Shown piece by piece: positions 59,267-64,000 of a stretch of 64,000 bases of DNA (the stretch's first letter is position 1; every line of letters starts with the position of its first letter). A model generated the notes under the pieces. That model worked only from the letters and a program-made list of their open reading frames with translations, had not been told where the DNA came from and ran no database searches. The stretch is from contig CAYQEG010000013.1 in assembly GCA_964416435.1 (NCBI GenBank), positions 1,924 to 65,923 on the forward strand, written 5' to 3'. The translations under genes were made by a program, and so were the position numbers. This DNA comes from an uncultured Rickettsiales bacterium (GTDB taxonomy: Bacteria; Myxococcota_A; UBA796; UBA9615).

Positions 59267-62200
59267 ATGACAGCCGGTACACCGACCAGATCCGTCGCCG
59301 GCCTCCCCGCCGGCCCGCCATCAAAGGCGAGTGAAATCAGCTATTTGGCTGCGTTGCCGTTGGTAACCTGCGCCGCGGTCGGCGCAGGGCACGGCCTGCT
59401 CCCACAGAATTGTACCGTTCCCGGCGTGGTCGGTGGGGTCGCCGTCGGTCTCGCCCTGGCCCGCCCGAAGCTCGCGGCGCGCTGGGCGCGGCCCGCCGCC
59501 GCCCTCCTGGTCGGCGCCTCGCCCCTGCTCCTGCCGCTCGTGGACGAGCTCGCGCGGCGATTCGCGGCGTTGTCGGGGCTGGTGATCGGGGGGGTGCTGA
59601 TCGCCGCGCTGGTCGCCGGGGGGCTGGCGAACCTGATCGGGAGCCGGGTCGGACCGCGGCGAGCGCTCCGACCGGCCGAGGCGATCGCGATCGCGATCGG
59701 GCTGCTCCCCGCCCTGTCGTATGCGGTGCCGTCCGTCGGGCTGATCTCGTGCGGATTGCTCGGCGGGGCGCTCCTGCTCCCCAAGGCGATCGCGGCCCCC
59801 GGGCCGGACGTGGTGCGGGAGGATCGGGACCGCGCCGCGGCTCCCGTCCAGTTCGCCTCGGGGCTGGCGCTCACCGCCGTCGCGCCCCTCGCGCTGCTGA
59901 CCGCCGCCCCGCTGCTCGGCCCTTCGCCCGGCTGGTTCGCGGAGGCCGGGGTCGGGCTGGCGCTGGGGGCCGCGCTCGCCGCGGCCGCGGCCCGGCGGCC
60001 GAAGCTGGCAGGCGCCGTCGCGGGGCTCGCCCCCCTCGCCTGCCTCGGCGGCGCGGAGCTGCTCCTGCGGGCCCCGGGGGCGGTGGGGCAGGCGATCTCC
60101 GCCGGGGTCCCTGCGGTCCTGGGCGGGGCGCCGGTCGCGGGCGCGGTCGTCACCGCAGCGGCCATGGCGCTCATCGGGCTCGCGGTTCGCCCCGGAGGGG
60201 TCGGCTTCGCGTGGGGCGCGGCGGCGGGCGCGGCGCTCTGGATCGCAGTGCCGACCCTGGTCGTCGAGCCTGCGCTGATCGTGCGCCTCGCGGTGGGCGC
60301 CGTCGGGCTGGCGACGCTGCCGACCCTCCTGAGCGCCGACTCGGCCGTGCTGCGGGGCGCGGCGGCGGTCGCGGCGTCCGCCGCCCTCGGGGTGCTCGCG
60401 TTGCCCGCGCCCCCCGGAGCCCTCCGAGCGCTCTCTCCCTACGAAGCGTTCGCTTCGCCCGGTGACTTCAGCGAGCTGGTGCGGGTCGCGGGATGGCGGC
60501 GCGGCGCGGCCCGGCTGCACCCCGGCGGCTCGGCCGCCACCTCCCCCGAGCTGCAGCCCGAGGCGATCTGGTCCCCCGGCGCCGGCCGGCGGCTGGATGA
60601 CGGGCTCGGCGGCTCGGACCTGTTCCTGGCGCACCTGCCCGCGCTCGTCACCGGGGATCCCCCGGCGTCCGTCCTCGTCCTGGGCCCCGGCGCCGGTGGG
60701 GTCGTCGACGGCGCTCGTCGTTCGAGCGCTGGGCCGGTGACCGTGTCGGTCGGCTCGCCGGGGCAGCGCTGGCTGCTGCAGGAGCACGGGCGATGGAACC
60801 GGGACGTCATCGCCGACCCCGCGGTGCGGCTCAGCAGCGTCGACCCCCTGGCGTCCGGCCAGCGCTGGTCGGCGATCCTGGTCGACCTGCCGCCTTCCTG
60901 GGTCCCTGGCGGACCCGCCGAGCGCTCACCCCGTCGCCTTCGGGCGATCGCCGCCCACCTGGACCCGGGCGGAGTGGCCGTCCTGCGCATCCCCCTCCAC
61001 GGTTCGAGCGCGGACGAGCTCGCCGCCCTGACGGCCGACGTCGCCGACAGCTTCCCCGGCCTGACCGCGTGGCTGGATCCGACCGGCGCCGCTCACCTGC
61101 TGCTCGTCGGACGCCCGGAGGAGGGGGCCGTCGACGCCGGCGCGCTGTTCCGGAGTTGGTCCCGACGGGCCGTCGCCCAGGACCTGCAGCGCGCATCGCT
61201 CGCCAGCCCGGGGGACGCGCTGGAGCGGCTCGTGACCGATCGGACCGCGCTGCTGGCCATGGCGTCGGGCCGGTCTCGACGGGGCCGCTTCGGCACGGCC
61301 GTCGTCGCCGGCGCCCGGGTGCGCACCGGCGAACCCGCCCTGGCGCTGGCGACGCTCGCGGCGGCGGGGTCCGACCTGCAACGCCTGCTCGACCTGTCCG
61401 GGGTGCCGGAGGACGAGATCGAGCCGCTGCGGCTGCGGCTCTCCCAGGCCTCGGCGATCCGGGAGGACTACCTGACGATGCTCGAGGCCATCGAGCAGGA
61501 CGACTCCGCCACCGCGCTGCAGGCCTCCCAGGCGATCGCCGAGCGGGGCGGGACCGGCGCCTCCCGGGACCTGAAGTCGTTCATCGCCCCGTGGGTGCTG
61601 CGCTGCCGGGCGCTGCGCGAGCAGGGCCTGATCGACCAGGCCCGAGGCGAGTGCCTCATCGCCCACAGCTTCTCCCCCACCGACGACGAGGTCGCCCTGC
61701 TGCTCGCCGACCTGCACCGGGCGCTGGACCAGCTGCCCGAAGCGGAGGAGCTGTATCGCGGGGTGCGGGAGCGGGATCCGACGTCACTCGGCGCGGCGCT
61801 GGGGCTGGCGTCGGTCCACGAGCTGCGCAACGAGGTGCGGGAGGCGCTCGAGCTGCTCGAGGAGGCCGAGAAGCTGCACCCCGGCAACGCCCTGCTGCTG
61901 CACAACCTGGGCGCGCTGCACCTGCGGTGGGCGAAGTCCCGGACGAACGACGAAGCGGCCGCCCCCCACGTCGAGCGTGCTCGGGGGCTGTTCGTGGCCG
62001 CCGCTACGCTGGAGCCGCGCTTCGCGTCACCCCGTGCCGGGCTCTCCGAGGTCTACACGTTCGAGCAGCAGTACGACCTCGCGCTGGTCGAGATCGAGCG
62101 CGCGGTCTCGATGGCGCCGACCTGCCGCCTTCGCGCGCAGCGGGCCCAGGCGCTGTTCGACGTCGGCCGCTCCCAGGAGGCCAACCGGGCGACGGACGAG

Positions 62201-62407
62201 GTGCTGCTGGAGTGCCCCGACGAGCTCGGCGCGTTGCTGCTCAAGGGCATCCTGCTCGACGAGCGGGGGTGCTACCAGCAGGCGTACGAGCAGTGGGGCC
62301 GCGCGCTGCAGGTCGCGCCGGACCTCCAGGCTGCGATCACCAACCGGGCGTGGATGCAGGAGTCGGGTCTGCTCGACCGCGGCGACCAGGACTGTCGGCC
62401 GGACTGA
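59267..62407 (+). CDS. Membrane protein with spermidine-synthase-like (SAM-binding) domain and C-terminal TPRs; start uncertain
   Basis: About 12 hydrophobic helices, then VLVLGPGAGG, ILVDLPPSW, HLDPGGVAV (degenerate aminopropyltransferase/methyltransferase motifs), then TPR repeats. Confidence 0.65.
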   Translation: MTAGTPTRSVAGLPAGPPSKASEISYLAALPLVTCAAVGAGHGLLPQNCTVPGVVGGVAVGLALARPKLAARWARPAAALLVGASPLLLPLVDELARRFAALSGLVIGGVLIAALVAGGLANLIGSRVGPRRALRPAEAIAIAIGLLPALSYAVPSVGLISCGLLGGALLLPKAIAAPGPDVVREDRDRAAAPVQFASGLALTAVAPLALLTAAPLLGPSPGWFAEAGVGLALGAALAAAAARRPKLAGAVAGLAPLACLGGAELLLRAPGAVGQAISAGVPAVLGGAPVAGAVVTAAAMALIGLAVRPGGVGFAWGAAAGAALWIAVPTLVVEPALIVRLAVGAVGLATLPTLLSADSAVLRGAAAVAASAALGVLALPAPPGALRALSPYEAFASPGDFSELVRVAGWRRGAARLHPGGSAATSPELQPEAIWSPGAGRRLDDGLGGSDLFLAHLPALVTGDPPASVLVLGPGAGGVVDGARRSSAGPVTVSVGSPGQRWLLQEHGRWNRDVIADPAVRLSSVDPLASGQRWSAILVDLPPSWVPGGPAERSPRRLRAIAAHLDPGGVAVLRIPLHGSSADELAALTADVADSFPGLTAWLDPTGAAHLLLVGRPEEGAVDAGALFRSWSRRAVAQDLQRASLASPGDALERLVTDRTALLAMASGRSRRGRFGTAVVAGARVRTGEPALALATLAAAGSDLQRLLDLSGVPEDEIEPLRLRLSQASAIREDYLTMLEAIEQDDSATALQASQAIAERGGTGASRDLKSFIAPWVLRCRALREQGLIDQARGECLIAHSFSPTDDEVALLLADLHRALDQLPEAEELYRGVRERDPTSLGAALGLASVHELRNEVREALELLEEAEKLHPGNALLLHNLGALHLRWAKSRTNDEAAAPHVERARGLFVAAATLEPRFASPRAGLSEVYTFEQQYDLALVEIERAVSMAPTCRLRAQRAQALFDVGRSQEANRATDEVLLECPDELGALLLKGILLDERGCYQQAYEQWGRALQVAPDLQAAITNRAWMQESGLLDRGDQDCRPD

Positions 62408-62433
62408 TCGCCCGGGCAGGCTCGCGTAGTCGC

Positions 62434-64000
62434 CTAGAAGACGTTCCGGAACGAGCTGAACATGAACTGGCCGGACGTGAAGTTCGCCGGCACGACCTGC
62501 AGGTCCTCGATCATCGAGTCGCTGTCCAGGCCATCGGCGTCGATGTTCAGGGCGTAGATGCGACCGTTGGCGAAGACCGGCGCCGAGATGAGCCCGTCGA
62601 CCGTCGTCTTCATGCCCTCGGAGTCCTGGTTGTAGCTGTCGGTCGTGACATCGGGGATGCCGCCGCCGCACGTCTCGACGTTGAGGCCGTAGACGTAGCT
62701 GCTGCCGAGCACGCACGGGTCGCTGCCCGGGGCGTGCGTGGTGAAGTACAAGCGGCCGAAGGCTGCGATCGGGTCGCCGACCAGCTTCTCGCCGACGTCG
62801 TCGAACTGCATGAACCCGGTGGAGCTGTCGAAGTTCGAGCTCGTGGTCGCGCACGGAGCCGGGTCCGACTCGGCGCACCCGAAGGGGCTCGGGTCGGCGC
62901 GCACGTACAGGCCGCCCTTCTCCGTCGAGTAGATGTTGTGGGGGCTGCCCGAGCCGTAATAGACGAGGACCTCGCCGGCGAGCGAGAAGAACACCGCCGG
63001 GCGGTACCACAGGTGCCTCGCCTGGTCGTTCACCAGGTCGGGGGAGGCGAACAGGCACCGGTCGGGCACGCTGGGCGCGGTCTGGTTGAACGACACCTTG
63101 AACATGTAGCCGAGGGAGTCGCCCAGGTACGCCGCGTCGACCGACGCGTCACCGTCGAAGTCGACCAGGGTCGGCGTGCCGAACATGCCCTTGATCAGGT
63201 TGCTCGAAGCGTCGACGCCGTACTCCAGGTAGCCGTCGCTGTCGGTGTCCGTCACGTAGGTGGACGGGTGGGAGCCGGTCTTCGGCACCCGGTAGCCCTG
63301 GGTGTCGTAGTCGGTCGGCGAGCGGCTCGACGTCGTGTCCATGTCGTGGATGAACACCGACGCGTGGGCCCGTTGGCTGTTGGAGCTGCTGGTGGTGACG
63401 CCCGGGCTCTGCTCACCCGAGCCCCAGAAGACGAGCCACCGACGCTTGATGGAGTCGCTCGACGTCGGATCCCAGAAGGGACCGACGGCGGGGGCGGAGA
63501 CCGCTCGGCCCTTGCCGGGGCCGGTGTTGCCGTTGGTGTCGTTGCGCTCCCACAGGAACTTCGGGTCGTCGGGGATGGTGACGTCGATCGCGTAGTTGTG
63601 CCGGGCGCCGTAGCCGCCGGACCAGACGAGGATGCGGTGCCACTCGCAGCCGCAGGGATCGATCGCGCCGTCGTCCTGGGCGGGGAAGTAGCCCGGGCCG
63701 TCGCAGGCGTCCGAGGCCGACGACGGGCAGGCCGGATCGGCCGACGTCGCCTTCGGCGCGCCGGTCATGTAGCCGTCCAACCAGGCGTACTCGAGCACGA
63801 GCTTGCCCTCGTTGACGTACGTCTGACCGGACCGCATCAGGTCGTCGAGCTGGAAGCCGTCGAACTCCTCCGTGTCGGAGTCGGACGGGCTCTTGTTGGC
63901 CTTCGCCCGCGACACGTAGAACCAGGCCTCGGCGCCCTGGTAGCCGAGATCCTCCAGCGTGAAGGCGTGGACCATGCCGGAGTTGCTGCTCACGTAGGTG
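62434..64000 (-). CDS. pilY1: PilY1/PilC-like type IV pilus tip adhesin, C-terminal beta-propeller (5' end outside window)
   Basis: GMVHAF, YAIDVTIPDDPKFLWE, Ca-binding loop DFDGDASVDAAYLGDSLG, LYFTTHAP...PC...GSSYVYGLN..TCG. Confidence 0.85.
   Translation of the reverse strand, partial: TYVSSNSGMVHAFTLEDLGYQGAEAWFYVSRAKANKSPSDSDTEEFDGFQLDDLMRSGQTYVNEGKLVLEYAWLDGYMTGAPKATSADPACPSSASDACDGPGYFPAQDDGAIDPCGCEWHRILVWSGGYGARHNYAIDVTIPDDPKFLWERNDTNGNTGPGKGRAVSAPAVGPFWDPTSSDSIKRRWLVFWGSGEQSPGVTTSSSNSQRAHASVFIHDMDTTSSRSPTDYDTQGYRVPKTGSHPSTYVTDTDSDGYLEYGVDASSNLIKGMFGTPTLVDFDGDASVDAAYLGDSLGYMFKVSFNQTAPSVPDRCLFASPDLVNDQARHLWYRPAVFFSLAGEVLVYYGSGSPHNIYSTEKGGLYVRADPSPFGCAESDPAPCATTSSNFDSSTGFMQFDDVGEKLVGDPIAAFGRLYFTTHAPGSDPCVLGSSYVYGLNVETCGGGIPDVTTDSYNQDSEGMKTTVDGLISAPVFANGRIYALNIDADGLDSDSMIEDLQVVPANFTSGQFMFSSFRNVF

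Overview
High-GC, gene-dense bacterial chromosome segment, most likely Myxococcota/Deltaproteobacteria (SgmX-like TPR gene, accBC and pilMNOPQ in a myxobacterial-type arrangement). From left to right: (1) a tightly coupled minus-strand operon PqqD-like/RRE protein - ATP-grasp - PLP decarboxylase - urea-transporter/M23 fusion - two TPR proteins - OmpR-family regulator (frameshifted at a G10 tract) - sensor kinase (truncated); (2) CNNM/CBS protein, YwiC and several lipoproteins; (3) an FNR-box-controlled operon with a nitroalkane-oxidase-like acyl-CoA dehydrogenase, a diheme mini-cytochrome, a FadF/Hdr-like Fe-S membrane oxidoreductase, EtfBA and a Crp/Fnr regulator; (4) tdk, tolQRAB, ppx; (5) a sulfatase/nucleotidyltransferase/glycosidase-like/SSS transporter block behind tamB-tamA(Omp85); (6) tRNA-Gly(CCC) followed by two 141-bp tandem units, each containing a 77-nt tRNA-like element with an intact Gly acceptor stem and CCA; (7) sgmX-accC-accB-aroQ-aroKB-pilQPONM, a spermidine-synthase-like/TPR membrane protein and the 3' part of pilY1. 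No CRISPR array, rRNA, transposase or integrase was seen. All assignments come from motif reading by eye, not database searches. The best novelty candidates are the PqqD/ATP-grasp/UT-M23 operon, the NAO-like/ETF anaerobic module and the tRNA-like tandem elements.
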